Positions 40,326-50,538 of a stretch of 64,000 nucleotides of DNA are shown here, piece after piece. Source of the DNA: Alphaproteobacteria bacterium (GTDB lineage: Bacteria; Pseudomonadota; Alphaproteobacteria; JAUXUR01); assembly GCA_030696155.1 (NCBI GenBank), contig JAUYSY010000039.1, positions 5,620 through 69,619 on the forward strand. Reading direction: 5' to 3'. The number at the start of each line of letters is the position of its first letter. The first letter of the stretch is position 1. The position numbers and the translations under genes are program-made. The notes beneath the pieces were generated by a model. The model ran no database searches and had not been told where the DNA came from. It was given only the letters and a program-made list of their open reading frames with translations.

Positions 40326-41996
40326 ATGAGTAACAAACTAATATTATCTACAATTTTTGGCTTGACGTTATTGTGTCAGTCTACAGATTCCTATTCTGTA
40401 AATTGGCCCGTTATTGATAGCACAAAACAATATCATGACGCAGTTATCAAAAAATTTATTGCCAATGCGAAAAATGAAAGATCTACTTTTCAATATATAG
40501 GTCATCAATTTAAAGTTCGTGGCGGCAATAATTATGGCATCGATCAAAATTATGATTTGTTTAATCATATCGATATATTAGAAAATGCGTATTTAAGTGG
40601 TCATCACATCAAAATTAAGCCAACAGCCACGGAAAATGTATACAAAAATTTTGAAGAACGTTGTCAATATAAAATCACTGTAGACGGCCAAACTTTTATC
40701 GAAGGCTTCCGCGTTTATAATGCTGATAGCGATATTGCTCAACCACAACAACCAATCGTTGCCGATCTATTGCCAAGTGTAAGCGAATCACTTGTATCAG
40801 GCTGGTATGATAGACCTCTTGGACGCGGTGCCCCTACAAATGTTGATCATACTGATGTCAAAAAATTACTTAATACATACAAAAACCACAACATCTTGAA
40901 ACATGCGTTTAACTATATAAAAGCTGCTGATCTTGCTGATATTCAAGACCCCATTCTTTTTGCTGATTATATTCAAAAACATGGTCAAGTGTCAGCTAAT
41001 GATGTTATCAACGCAATGAACGAAGATAAAGCTCTTCTTCAAAGAGTAAAAAACTTACGCGTTGTTAGTGAGGGGGATGAAGAACGAGGACTTGATTTTG
41101 GCAACCAGCTTTCATATCCAATAGAATACATGAATGACGCCATTAACTTAATCAGAAATTATCCATCTCTTTTAAACGGAAAATTACATGATGATTTAAA
41201 ATCCGCCAAGGGTGGTGATGCGCATGCGCTTTTACAAGCACAATTTTACATTGCAGCCGTTCAATCTTCTCAAAATGGATATAAACAACAATTTAGTGCT
41301 CTTATTTCTAAAATAGGCGGATTATTCCATAAAAATTTACCTAGCAAAGAAAATGCGCGAAACATTCTTAAGAAAACCTATCTTTGTGTTGATGGTATTC
41401 TTTATACACCAGCACATAATTATGTAAAACATGGTGACGTTGTCAAAAAAATTAAACAAGAAATTGCTAATTTGCCAAACAATATGCAGGCGCCTGGCGT
41501 TTACGAAAATATTTTTACAGATTGTTCTGGCTTGTCCATTATGGTCTTACGCAAACTCTTCCCTCATAATGACTGGATTCAAAATGAACGCGCCATGTCA
41601 TGGCATTTTGCTGCCGCTTATGATTTTCTTAACAATGAAAATGCAGGCTATGAATATTGTTACATCAACGGTAATAAATTAAGAGTTGGTGGAGATTATT
41701 ACAAAGATAATTGCAACATGGGCATTGCTAAAAAATTAGCTAAAATGTTAAAACCTGTGAACTATTACGCGAATCGTAAAGCAGGCGATATCCTTGTTCA
41801 ACGCCATACCAATGGTAGTGAAGGACATGTGATGACGATTGTAGATCCATTTCCGAACCCACATAATTCAAACGAAGTAATTATTGCTGAAATGACGCGA
41901 TGTTCAGGCAATTATCATGGCTTAGTCTTTAGAAAAATGTGGTTCAAAGAACCAGGAAATTCTCGTCTACGTATCCTAAGACCAATATCAAACTAA
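40326..41996 (+). CDS. Secreted modular protein: shared N-domain + C-terminal NlpC/P60-like domain
   Basis: Signal peptide; aa ~1-143 align with 42198; DCSGLSIMVL ... AGDILV ... GHVMTI. Confidence 0.7.
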   Translation: MSNKLILSTIFGLTLLCQSTDSYSVNWPVIDSTKQYHDAVIKKFIANAKNERSTFQYIGHQFKVRGGNNYGIDQNYDLFNHIDILENAYLSGHHIKIKPTATENVYKNFEERCQYKITVDGQTFIEGFRVYNADSDIAQPQQPIVADLLPSVSESLVSGWYDRPLGRGAPTNVDHTDVKKLLNTYKNHNILKHAFNYIKAADLADIQDPILFADYIQKHGQVSANDVINAMNEDKALLQRVKNLRVVSEGDEERGLDFGNQLSYPIEYMNDAINLIRNYPSLLNGKLHDDLKSAKGGDAHALLQAQFYIAAVQSSQNGYKQQFSALISKIGGLFHKNLPSKENARNILKKTYLCVDGILYTPAHNYVKHGDVVKKIKQEIANLPNNMQAPGVYENIFTDCSGLSIMVLRKLFPHNDWIQNERAMSWHFAAAYDFLNNENAGYEYCYINGNKLRVGGDYYKDNCNMGIAKKLAKMLKPVNYYANRKAGDILVQRHTNGSEGHVMTIVDPFPNPHNSNEVIIAEMTRCSGNYHGLVFRKMWFKEPGNSRLRILRPISN

Positions 41997-42046
41997 TAAT
42001 TTAAATAAATATGATGGGCTTCAATAGCCCTTCATACATGATAATG

Positions 42047-42084
42047 AAAAATCCTTTTTGACTTAAGTGTTGAAAAGGATTTTT
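42047..42084 (+). terminator. Inverted repeat / terminator between paralogs
   Basis: AAAAATCCTTTT / AAAAGGATTTTT. Confidence 0.5.
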
Positions 42085-42127
42085 TATTAACTTTAAATCA
42101 ATAAATATAATTTTTATTGTAAATATA

Positions 42128-42156
42128 TTGACATTTATTAAAAATAAATATAAAAT
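42128..42156 (+). promoter_or_regulatory. sigma70 promoter
   Basis: TTGACA-17-TAAAAT; followed by TTTATTATTAATTTA as after the 19067 promoter. Confidence 0.65.
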
Positions 42157-42197
42157 TACTTTATTATTAATTTAAATATAAAATATAGGAATTTAAA

Positions 42198-43769
42198 ATG
42201 CGTAAAAAAATATTGCTATCTGCTGTTTTGAGTTTGACGTTATTGTGTCAATCTACTAATTCTTTTGCTTGGGAATGGCCAGTTGTTGATAGCACAAAGC
42301 CATATCACGATAAAGTTATTCAAAAATTTATTGCCAATGCAAAAAATCAACGAACTGATTTCCAATATATTGGACATTTATTTAAAATTCGTGGTGGTAC
42401 TTATGATTATGTAAGTAAAAATAATGAGTTATATCTTAAAGCAGACATATTAAACAATGCTTTTCAAAATGGTAAACGCATCCAAATTAAACCTACAAGC
42501 TCAGAAGAAGTTTACTCTAATTTTAAGAAAAATTGTTTATATAAAATTATTGTAGACGGCAACATTATTGTCAGTGGTTTTGTTGTTTATAATGCTGAAA
42601 ATGATATTGTTCAACCTCCGCAAGTAAATCATAATAATAATGCTCATAATATTGTTCCCCAAAACAACAATAATAACAATGCAGCACCGCAACAATCTCC
42701 ACGCGTAAATCAAAACGTTAATATTGCAAATATACCAAATCCTTTTGAGAGGATGAATCCTGAGAGTGTACTTAAAATTAAAAACATTGTTCAAGGATTT
42801 CAACAAGCGGGACAATTAAGTGCAGCAACTAACATTGTTAAAATTGAAAAAGGAAGAGGCGCTGAAGCTAAGCAACTAATCTATGCAACGGATGGTCAAC
42901 AAAAATTAGTTATAAAAGTTATGAACTCCAGAGGATCTTTTGAAGCTGCAAAAAAAGGAAAAACTGATGAGTTAAACTTTATTAACAACCTTAATCAAAT
43001 GGCTTCAAATAATAACCTTGTTATTCCAAAAATAATTGTAGGACAAGAATTGATTCAAGTCGGAAATGATTATGCCGAGCTTCAAATATTGGCTAAAGGA
43101 AAACCCATCGGAACAATAGATATTCACGATATGAGCGATAATGATGTAAAGGCAATGTTTAAAGCTATAGGAACACAAATGGGTAATCTTGATCGTTTGC
43201 TTATAGCAAATCATATGCCCTTGTTGGAGCATCCTGATGGACATCCTCACAATTTCTTTTATGATAAAGGAACAAAAGAATTTTCATGGATTGATGTTGC
43301 TGGTGTATCGCATCCTAACAATGACCAAGCTGCTCAAATGGGAGATGGTTCTCTTTTTTCTCAAAAAGTTATAGATAGGCTTATAAATCGTGTCTTTATT
43401 CCTAATGGCGAAGGTCTTGATTGGGTAAGCAACAAAGATGTTTTTATTTCTGAATATGACCAAGATTACTACACTGATTTATTTAATCACATAACTCTAC
43501 AAAAAATCTCGACTATAAAAAAAGAAATAAGAAATGGTAGTACAGAGCCTAAAGATATTATTGAATCTATTTTAAAATTAATCCCAAAATTTTCACTTGC
43601 TGTTAAAAGTTTGGGTGAAGGGTACGTCCTTTCTTATCCTGAAGGTAAAAATTACTATAATAAGAACGTAAAATATGGTCAATTATACAATTATCTTCAA
43701 AATGCTAATGAGTTTCGAAAAATGATTGGTAAACCTGAAAAACCGATTTTTGATTTATTAGTTCGTTAA
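42198..43769 (+). CDS. Secreted modular protein: shared N-domain + Asn-rich linker + kinase-like domain
   Basis: KGRGAE loop, LVIKVM, HPDGHPHNFFY, WIDVA. Confidence 0.72.
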   Translation: MRKKILLSAVLSLTLLCQSTNSFAWEWPVVDSTKPYHDKVIQKFIANAKNQRTDFQYIGHLFKIRGGTYDYVSKNNELYLKADILNNAFQNGKRIQIKPTSSEEVYSNFKKNCLYKIIVDGNIIVSGFVVYNAENDIVQPPQVNHNNNAHNIVPQNNNNNNAAPQQSPRVNQNVNIANIPNPFERMNPESVLKIKNIVQGFQQAGQLSAATNIVKIEKGRGAEAKQLIYATDGQQKLVIKVMNSRGSFEAAKKGKTDELNFINNLNQMASNNNLVIPKIIVGQELIQVGNDYAELQILAKGKPIGTIDIHDMSDNDVKAMFKAIGTQMGNLDRLLIANHMPLLEHPDGHPHNFFYDKGTKEFSWIDVAGVSHPNNDQAAQMGDGSLFSQKVIDRLINRVFIPNGEGLDWVSNKDVFISEYDQDYYTDLFNHITLQKISTIKKEIRNGSTEPKDIIESILKLIPKFSLAVKSLGEGYVLSYPEGKNYYNKNVKYGQLYNYLQNANEFRKMIGKPEKPIFDLLVR

Positions 43770-43804
43770 GCTTAATACTTAATTTTAAAATGACTTAACA
43801 AAAC

Positions 43805-43833
43805 AGGAGTCCTTTTTTTATAAACGGACTCCT
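43805..43833. terminator. Hairpin between convergent genes
   Basis: AGGAGTCC / GGACTCCT. Confidence 0.55.
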
Positions 43834-43838
43834 AAACT

Positions 43839-45875
43839 TTACTGATTCCAACGGATTTCAATAGTAACAGAATTATAATCACCATTTTTATCTTGCAATG
43901 TTAAAGTATAAAAACCTTCATCTTTAGGCAAAAATGTTAATTTTTTTTGAAACACATCGATATGTTCCAATGAATTATTAACGTATAAACGGTACGGTTT
44001 TTGACCTCCCTTAAAACGAATAGGCACTATATCGCCTTTCCTAATCATCAACAAAGAATCTTTCTGTGGAAAACTCATTTCAAATTTTGTTGCAATTACT
44101 TCTTTTTTAGAGACAAGCACGTGCTGTTTTAAAAGGGGTTTCAATTTAAAAGAATTTGGTATTTCATTGATTGAAACGTTTGATGAATGATTGTTAGATT
44201 TTGGCAATATATCAAAGACTTGCCTTAATATGGGCACAGCCAATTCAAAGCCTGTTTTTTCATTCAATGACCCTTCTTTAGGCATTCCTACCCAAACACC
44301 AATTGTATATTGATCATTAAAAGCAAGGGCGAGGGCATCACGATATCCATAAGATGTCCCTGTTTTGAGCGCAATTTTTTGATTATTTAGAAAAGAAAAA
44401 GGATTTTTTTCTAAAATTTCTTTGACCTTGATAGCTGAACTTGGATAAAGCAAAAATTTAGGCGCAGCGACTGTTTGGTTTTGCACATAATGAATATCAA
44501 AAGCTTGACCTTCTGTTGCAAAGGTACTGAAAATTTTAACAAGATCAACAAGCTTTAAACCAACACCACCCAAGGCCATTGAAAGATTGGGCTTAACATC
44601 TTTACTTTGAAATTCAGGATTAATGCCAATGGACTTTAAAGCTGCATAAAAACGAATGGGGCCCAATAAATTGAGAAGCTCCACAGACGGTATATTAAGC
44701 GATAATTGCAATGTTTCACTTGCCGACATAATCCCGTGATAGGCTCGATCAAAGTTATGAGGTGCATAGGCGCCAAAATGCTTTCGTTCATCACGGAATA
44801 ATGTTTCTGGTTCAATAAGGCCCTCATCAAAGGCTAACCCGAAAATAAGCGGTTTCAACGTTGATCCAGGAGACCGTATCGCTTGGCAGAAATCATTTTG
44901 ACCTAATCGATCCTTATTAAAAAAATCTGTCGATCCAACATAAGCCACAATTTCATTTTTTTGATGATTATGGATAATGGCACATGCATTTGCAATTTTA
45001 GGAATGTTTTGAGACGTTTCTTTCAAAAGATGAATTAACTTTTCTTGAATTTGTTTATTTAAAGTTGTTTTAATTATTTTTGTTTCATCATGCAAACTAT
45101 ACGCTAAATGTGGTATTAAATTAGGGAAAATATGGCGTTTGGACGGTATTTTATCTTGAATGGCTGCTAAATATGTTTTTTCATCCAAAAATTTTTTCTG
45201 ATGGAAAGCAGCAAGCGTTTGATTTCTTTTTTGTAAAGCTTGATTAGGATATCGATCAGGCCTTAAACGCGTAGGGGATTGTGGAATGGATATAAGCAAT
45301 GCAATTTCTGACATTAATAAACGATCAGGTTCTTTTTTAAAATAAGCAAGACTCGCTGTACGCACACCTTCTAAATTACCACCAAAGGGAACAAGATTCA
45401 CATAAAATTTTAGAATTTCTTTTTTTGAGCAATGATATTCAAGTTGAAAGGACCTAAAAACTTCAATAAGTTTTGATGGATATGTTCTGGGGCGGGGCTC
45501 AAGCAATCGTGCAGTCTGCATCGTTAAAGTTGAAGCACCTGAAAAAATTTTACCTTTTGTGATATTTTGAAAAATTGCACGTATTATTGCTTTAAAATCA
45601 ACACCATAATGCGTATAAAAATTTTTATCTTCTTTTTCGATGAGGTATTTTAAATAGTTTGGATCAATTTTATTAATATCAATAGGAATCCGCCATTGAT
45701 CGTCATTCGTTTTAAGGCAATGAATTAATTTTCCATTTATATCTTCAAACAACAGAGAATGATCTTCAAACCGATTTAAATTGAGCGGAAAATAGGTATC
45801 AAGAATACGAAAAATAGTAAAACTAGTGATGCTTAGGAAAATAAGAATAAGGAAGAATTTTTTTAAAAATTTCAT
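43839..45875 (-). CDS. pbpC: Penicillin-binding protein 1C
   Basis: EDKNFYTHYGVD, GASTLTMQTARL, GSTLKP, SLN, KTGTSYGYRD. Confidence 0.92.
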   Translation of the reverse strand: MKFLKKFFLILIFLSITSFTIFRILDTYFPLNLNRFEDHSLLFEDINGKLIHCLKTNDDQWRIPIDINKIDPNYLKYLIEKEDKNFYTHYGVDFKAIIRAIFQNITKGKIFSGASTLTMQTARLLEPRPRTYPSKLIEVFRSFQLEYHCSKKEILKFYVNLVPFGGNLEGVRTASLAYFKKEPDRLLMSEIALLISIPQSPTRLRPDRYPNQALQKRNQTLAAFHQKKFLDEKTYLAAIQDKIPSKRHIFPNLIPHLAYSLHDETKIIKTTLNKQIQEKLIHLLKETSQNIPKIANACAIIHNHQKNEIVAYVGSTDFFNKDRLGQNDFCQAIRSPGSTLKPLIFGLAFDEGLIEPETLFRDERKHFGAYAPHNFDRAYHGIMSASETLQLSLNIPSVELLNLLGPIRFYAALKSIGINPEFQSKDVKPNLSMALGGVGLKLVDLVKIFSTFATEGQAFDIHYVQNQTVAAPKFLLYPSSAIKVKEILEKNPFSFLNNQKIALKTGTSYGYRDALALAFNDQYTIGVWVGMPKEGSLNEKTGFELAVPILRQVFDILPKSNNHSSNVSINEIPNSFKLKPLLKQHVLVSKKEVIATKFEMSFPQKDSLLMIRKGDIVPIRFKGGQKPYRLYVNNSLEHIDVFQKKLTFLPKDEGFYTLTLQDKNGDYNSVTIEIRWNQ

Positions 45876-45939
45876 TATGTATCTTTTAAAGTAGGGTTAA
45901 AACATTTCCACCTTAAAAGATTATCGACATAAAGGAAAG

Positions 45940-45963
45940 AAAAAGAGGCCTAAAAAGGCCTCT
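45940..45963 (-). terminator. Intrinsic terminator
   Basis: AGAGGCCT-AAAA-AGGCCTCT with U-tract on minus strand. Confidence 0.7.
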
Positions 45964-45972
45964 AGAACAAAA

Positions 45973-46719
45973 CTAAAGTTTTACTTTAATCCCTAAAGAA
46001 AGTGGCAACCCACCAATTTTCCCACGATTTCTTGAAAAGTCTTGTTTAAAATCAACTTTACCTGAAGATGTAGTTTTGTTTTTAATTTTCTGTCTGAGGC
46101 GTCCAGAGGATGTTTCAATCTTAGTAATAAAAGATACATTTTCGGATACAGGTACTTCAAATCCAGCGTCAACGCTCAAGCTTAAAGAATTTTTGTACTT
46201 AGCCCATAATCCACCAATAGCAACACCAATAAATGGTCTGAAATAATTATGCGCTTGGAAATAATATCGTGTTCCTAAATAAGTACCAAACACATTTACG
46301 TCTTTTGATGCAAATTTAGGGTGAATCCATGCACCATTTAAAAGATTAATACGATCATAAGTTTGTTTTTTTCCATCAATTTTAAAATAAGTAAATTTGG
46401 CTAAAATTTCCCAATTTTCCATAACACCATAAGAAGCTTCTAAAGATGGTCTAAATGATGCGTTCTTAGATCTAAGTTTATTTGTTTGAAAAAATGATTC
46501 CTTAGTGGTGTGAAATACACCTGGAGCAGTTTGAGTCGAATGAGTATAATTACCTTTTGTGTAAATATCGTACTGTGACTTTGATTTCGTCAATGCCATA
46601 CCCGCAAATCCTGAAAAAGAAAATTGCCCTTTTTGAATTGAAGCTGGCATTGTGTCGGCCGTTAATAAACTAGTTGAAAGCAAGAAACTGCCCAAAGTAG
46701 TTAGAATTGTTTTTTTCAT
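45973..46719 (-). CDS. Outer-membrane beta-barrel protein
   Basis: Signal peptide, GTRYYF, FRPFIGVAIG, terminal strand LSLGIKVKL. Confidence 0.75.
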   Translation of the reverse strand: MKKTILTTLGSFLLSTSLLTADTMPASIQKGQFSFSGFAGMALTKSKSQYDIYTKGNYTHSTQTAPGVFHTTKESFFQTNKLRSKNASFRPSLEASYGVMENWEILAKFTYFKIDGKKQTYDRINLLNGAWIHPKFASKDVNVFGTYLGTRYYFQAHNYFRPFIGVAIGGLWAKYKNSLSLSVDAGFEVPVSENVSFITKIETSSGRLRQKIKNKTTSSGKVDFKQDFSRNRGKIGGLPLSLGIKVKL

Positions 46720-46906
46720 TTCAAAACCCTTAGATTGATCAAATATCACATATAACATTAATTTTAGGACAGGTCTACTTAAGAAAATTGTATCATTTTT
46801 ATGTCAATAAAGCTTATATATATGAACAACAAAGGCAGTTTTTATCTTTTAAAAACAATAAGAAAGTAGAAAGGTGCACTTATATCAAAATACACCTTTT
46901 TTTGTA

Positions 46907-48163
46907 CTAGCTATTCATCGCTTCAAAGAAATCCTGATTACATTTGGAATCTTTCAATTTATCAATCAAGAATTCCATTGAATCTGTCGGACCCATAGGC
47001 ATAAGAATACGACGTAACACCCACATTTTGGTAAGGGTTGCTTTATCGACCAACAATTCCTCTTTACGTGTTCCAGACCGCGTAATGTCAATCGCAGGGA
47101 ATGTGCGTTTGTCAGCGAGTTTACGATCAAGAATAATTTCTGAATTACCCGTTCCTTTGAATTCTTCAAAGATAACTTCATCCATACGTGACCCTGTTTC
47201 AACCAAAGCTGTCGCAATAATTGTCATTGAACCGCCTTGCTCGATATTACGTGCGGCACCAAAAAAGCGTTTAGGACGTTGAAGCGCATTGGCATCAACA
47301 CCACCGGTCAAAACTTTACCAGATGAGGGCACAACAGTATTATAAGCACGAGCGAGACGTGTGATGGAATCTAAAAGGATTACCACATCACGTTTATGCT
47401 CAACGAGTCTTTTCGCTTTTTCAATCACCATTTCAGCGACTTGAACGTGACGTGAAGCTGGCTCGTCAAAAGTTGAACTAATGACTTCGCCTTTAACAGA
47501 GCGTGCCATATCGGTCACTTCTTCAGGACGTTCATCAATGAGAAGTACGATTAAAAAAATCTCGGGATGATTTTCGGTGATAGCATGGGCAATATTTTTT
47601 AGCATCACTGTTTTACCAGTGCGGGGAGGTGCCACAATAAGTGCGCGTTGACCTTTACCAAGCGGCGCGATTAAATCAACAACGCGTGTTGTTAAATCAC
47701 GATTAACAGAGCTTTCGAATTCGAGTGTAATTTTGTCTTCAGGATATAAAGGTGTTAAATTATCAAAATTAATACGGTGTTTAACTTTTTCAGGATCTTG
47801 GAAATTAATTTGATTTACTTTTAATAATGCAAAATAACGTTCGCCTTCTTTAGGTGAGCGAATTTCACCTTCGACTGTATCGCCAGTACGTAAACTGAAG
47901 CGACGAATTTGAGCAGGAGATACATATATATCGTCAGGGCCGGGGAGGTAGTTAGAATCAGGGGAACGTAAAAAACCAAATCCATCTTGAAGCACTTCAA
48001 CAACGCCGCTACCGAAAATTTCAGTACCATTTTCAGCCATTTGTTTCAAAATAGCGAACATCATATCTTGTTTGCGTAAGGCGCTTGGATTTTCTATTTT
48101 GAGCTCTTCAGCGAGCGATAATAAAATTTCAGGTGATTTTTTTTTCAAATCTTGTAAATGCAT
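46907..48163 (-). CDS. rho: Transcription termination factor Rho
   Basis: [34 protein letters not shown]. Confidence 0.99.
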   Translation of the reverse strand: MHLQDLKKKSPEILLSLAEELKIENPSALRKQDMMFAILKQMAENGTEIFGSGVVEVLQDGFGFLRSPDSNYLPGPDDIYVSPAQIRRFSLRTGDTVEGEIRSPKEGERYFALLKVNQINFQDPEKVKHRINFDNLTPLYPEDKITLEFESSVNRDLTTRVVDLIAPLGKGQRALIVAPPRTGKTVMLKNIAHAITENHPEIFLIVLLIDERPEEVTDMARSVKGEVISSTFDEPASRHVQVAEMVIEKAKRLVEHKRDVVILLDSITRLARAYNTVVPSSGKVLTGGVDANALQRPKRFFGAARNIEQGGSMTIIATALVETGSRMDEVIFEEFKGTGNSEIILDRKLADKRTFPAIDITRSGTRKEELLVDKATLTKMWVLRRILMPMGPTDSMEFLIDKLKDSKCNQDFFEAMNS

Positions 48164-48200
48164 TTCTCTTTTTTTCTAACCCTTCTTAGTTAAAACAGGT

Positions 48201-48355
48201 GATTGATTGTATGATGATTGAATTTTGACGCGTGATATATTGATGATTGATTGTCCAGATTGATATTTAGTCGGATGATTTTAGCCAGATACTATTTAAG
48301 TTGGAATTCTTGACTCACTAAAGAACAACATAAGGTTGTATAGTTTATTTTGCAA
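48201..48355 (-). promoter_or_regulatory. rho promoter and rut-like leader
   Basis: Minus strand TTGCAA-17-TATGTT (48355-48327); leader 48201-48280 is C-rich, G-poor. Confidence 0.55.
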
Positions 48356-48377
48356 GTCTTTTTTAAATAAATTTTTA

Positions 48378-48845
48378 TTACTTTGTATTGAGTTCATGAT
48401 TTATAAGCCAATTTTTTGTTTCAGCACCTTTTTTAAAACTGTAATGTACCATTTTAGAATTCGTACTTACCACACGATGACAGGGGATGATGATGGGAAT
48501 TGGGTTTGTTCTGCATCCCATTCCAATAATGCGCGGATTAATGCCTAGTTTTTGCCCTAATTCTTTATAAGTGAGTGTTATACCATAGGGAATATTGCAA
48601 ATACCTTCCCATATTTTTTGCTGTGTTACACTACCTTTAGGATTTATTTTAAGATGGAATTTTTTTAAAGTTCCTTTAAAATAAAGATCAATTTCTTTTG
48701 AAAAATCAGTATGATTGCCTGGTATTTCTATTTCAAAAATAGCATTTTTAATGTTATGGATTATACCTTTTAGGTGATATATATCAATATAACCTATAGG
48801 TGTTTTTAAAGTTTTTATTTCTAAATCTTGAATTATTGTATTAAT
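48378..48845 (-). CDS. ogt: Methylated-DNA-protein cysteine methyltransferase, probable ATT start (absent from ORF track)
   Basis: Manual translation: KTPIG, YFKG, IPYGITLTYKELG, NPIPIIIPCHRVV; AAGGAG 9 nt before ATT. Confidence 0.88.
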   Translation of the reverse strand: MNTIIQDLEIKTLKTPIGYIDIYHLKGIIHNIKNAIFEIEIPGNHTDFSKEIDLYFKGTLKKFHLKINPKGSVTQQKIWEGICNIPYGITLTYKELGQKLGINPRIIGMGCRTNPIPIIIPCHRVVSTNSKMVHYSFKKGAETKNWLINHELNTK

Positions 48846-48856
48846 TTTATTATACT
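48828..48856 (+). promoter_or_regulatory. Putative promoter of ferredoxin-mnmE operon
   Basis: TTGAAT-17-TATACT. Confidence 0.55.
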
Positions 48857-48880
48857 CCTTAATTCAATATAGGTTTTTTA

Positions 48881-49210
48881 ATGATGCAGCCCAATTATAC
48901 ATATCATTTGTTTTTTTGTACAAATACGCGCGATCCAGAGAATCCAAAAGGATCATGTGGGCAAAAATGTTCCATGCAGCTTAGAAATTACATGAAAACA
49001 AAAATTAAAGAAATGAATATTTCTGGTATTCGTGTGAATGCTGCTGGTTGTCTTGATGAATGTGATAAAGGTCCTGTTTTGGTTGTTTATCCTGAAGGTG
49101 TTTGGTATACAATTAACAATACAAATGATGTTGACGAACTCATTGAAAAGCACATAAAAAATGGTCAAAAAGTTCATCGCTTACTTATTGATAAAAATAT
49201 AGATTTATAA
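48881..49210 (+). CDS. Thioredoxin-like [2Fe-2S] ferredoxin
   Basis: FFCTNTR...SC...GCLDECDKGPVLVVYPEGVWY. Confidence 0.9.
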   Translation: MMQPNYTYHLFFCTNTRDPENPKGSCGQKCSMQLRNYMKTKIKEMNISGIRVNAAGCLDECDKGPVLVVYPEGVWYTINNTNDVDELIEKHIKNGQKVHRLLIDKNIDL

Positions 49211-50511
49211 TGACAGATACTATTTTTGCGCTATCAACGCCACCTGGTCGATCTGCAATTGCTGTTTTTAGGCTTTCTGGTCCGCAATGTCTTTACATTA
49301 TTCAAAAGATGAGTCCTGATTTTAAAATCATGCATCGTCACGCGCAATTTTTAAAACTTTATGATCAAGATGATATCCTTGATCAAGCCTTGGTTCTTTA
49401 TTTTAAAGCACCATTCAGTTTTACAGGAGAAGAATCTTTGGAGCTTCAGCTCCATGGATCACCTGCTATTATTAAAAAAATGAGTGCTTTTTTATCCTCT
49501 TTTCCTAAAACCCGTATTGCAGAGCCAGGTGAATTTACAAGACGTGCTTTTTATAATGACAAATTAGATCTCGCTGAAATAGATGGTTTGTCATTCTTAT
49601 TACAAGCTGAAACAGAACATCAGCGTAAACTTGCATTGCGACAAATGTCTGGAGAGCAGGGCCATTTATTTACGTCGTGGCGAGAAAAGCTTATCGAAAT
49701 TCTGGCTTTAATTGAAGCTGACATAGATTTTGTTGATGGTGAAATTCCAGAGTCAAATATAAAAATGTTTGAGAAAAATCTTGGTATATTACGTCAAGAA
49801 ATAGCAAGATTTTTATCTACCTATAAAATTGGTGAAAAAATTAGGGATGGTATTACAATTGCAATCATTGGTGAACCCAATGTTGGTAAGTCAACGCTTA
49901 TTAATAAATTAGCAAAGCGTGATATGGCAATCGTATCATCTATCCCAGGTACAACACGCGATGCAATCGAAGTACATCTTGATATCGACGGTTTTCCAGT
50001 CACTTTGGTGGATACGGCGGGTCTTTGTGAAACGACTGATTTAATTGAACAAGAAGGTATTAAAAAATCACTTTTTTGGAAAGAAAATGCTGATTTCATT
50101 ATTCATCTTCAATCATTTCCTAAATATGAACTGCCTGATAAACCTTTGGATTCAACTTTATATGTTTTAAATAAAGCTGATTTGTGTGAAAGACATCAAG
50201 ATATGCCGGCATGGGTAATACCCATATCTTTGAAACAAAATCATGGCATTGATCATTTTTTAGCAGCTTTAAAAAATCATATTGCAACTCATTTTTCATT
50301 ATCTTCAAGCCTTATATTGTCACATCAACGACAATTTGATTTGCTTCAAAAATCATTGCAATCAATGCAGCAATTTGATCAACTAAAATCAATCGAATTA
50401 AAAGCTGAAAGTTTACGTCATGCGTTAATTGATTTAGGGCGTTTAACAGGTAAAGTTGATATTGAAGAAATTTTGGGGAAGATTTTTTCTTCCTTCTGTA
50501 TAGGAAAATAA
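49210..50511 (+). CDS. mnmE: tRNA modification GTPase MnmE
   Basis: DTIFALST, GEPNVGKS, GTTRD, DTAG, FCIGK. Confidence 0.97.
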   Translation: MTDTIFALSTPPGRSAIAVFRLSGPQCLYIIQKMSPDFKIMHRHAQFLKLYDQDDILDQALVLYFKAPFSFTGEESLELQLHGSPAIIKKMSAFLSSFPKTRIAEPGEFTRRAFYNDKLDLAEIDGLSFLLQAETEHQRKLALRQMSGEQGHLFTSWREKLIEILALIEADIDFVDGEIPESNIKMFEKNLGILRQEIARFLSTYKIGEKIRDGITIAIIGEPNVGKSTLINKLAKRDMAIVSSIPGTTRDAIEVHLDIDGFPVTLVDTAGLCETTDLIEQEGIKKSLFWKENADFIIHLQSFPKYELPDKPLDSTLYVLNKADLCERHQDMPAWVIPISLKQNHGIDHFLAALKNHIATHFSLSSSLILSHQRQFDLLQKSLQSMQQFDQLKSIELKAESLRHALIDLGRLTGKVDIEEILGKIFSSFCIGK

Positions 50512-50527
50512 TGTTTCACGTGAAACA
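50512..50527. promoter_or_regulatory. parS site
   Basis: TGTTTCACGTGAAACA, perfect consensus. Confidence 0.93.
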
Positions 50528-50538
50528 AAAGGATTAAT

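Noticed and set aside
45886-45900. CtrA box TTAA-N7-TTAA upstream of pbpC
   Set aside because: Several such matches are expected by chance in DNA this AT-rich; no support beyond the match
48164-48880. oriC in the apparent gap between rho and the ferredoxin gene
   Set aside because: Most of the gap is the hidden ogt gene and the rho leader; no DnaA-box cluster seen
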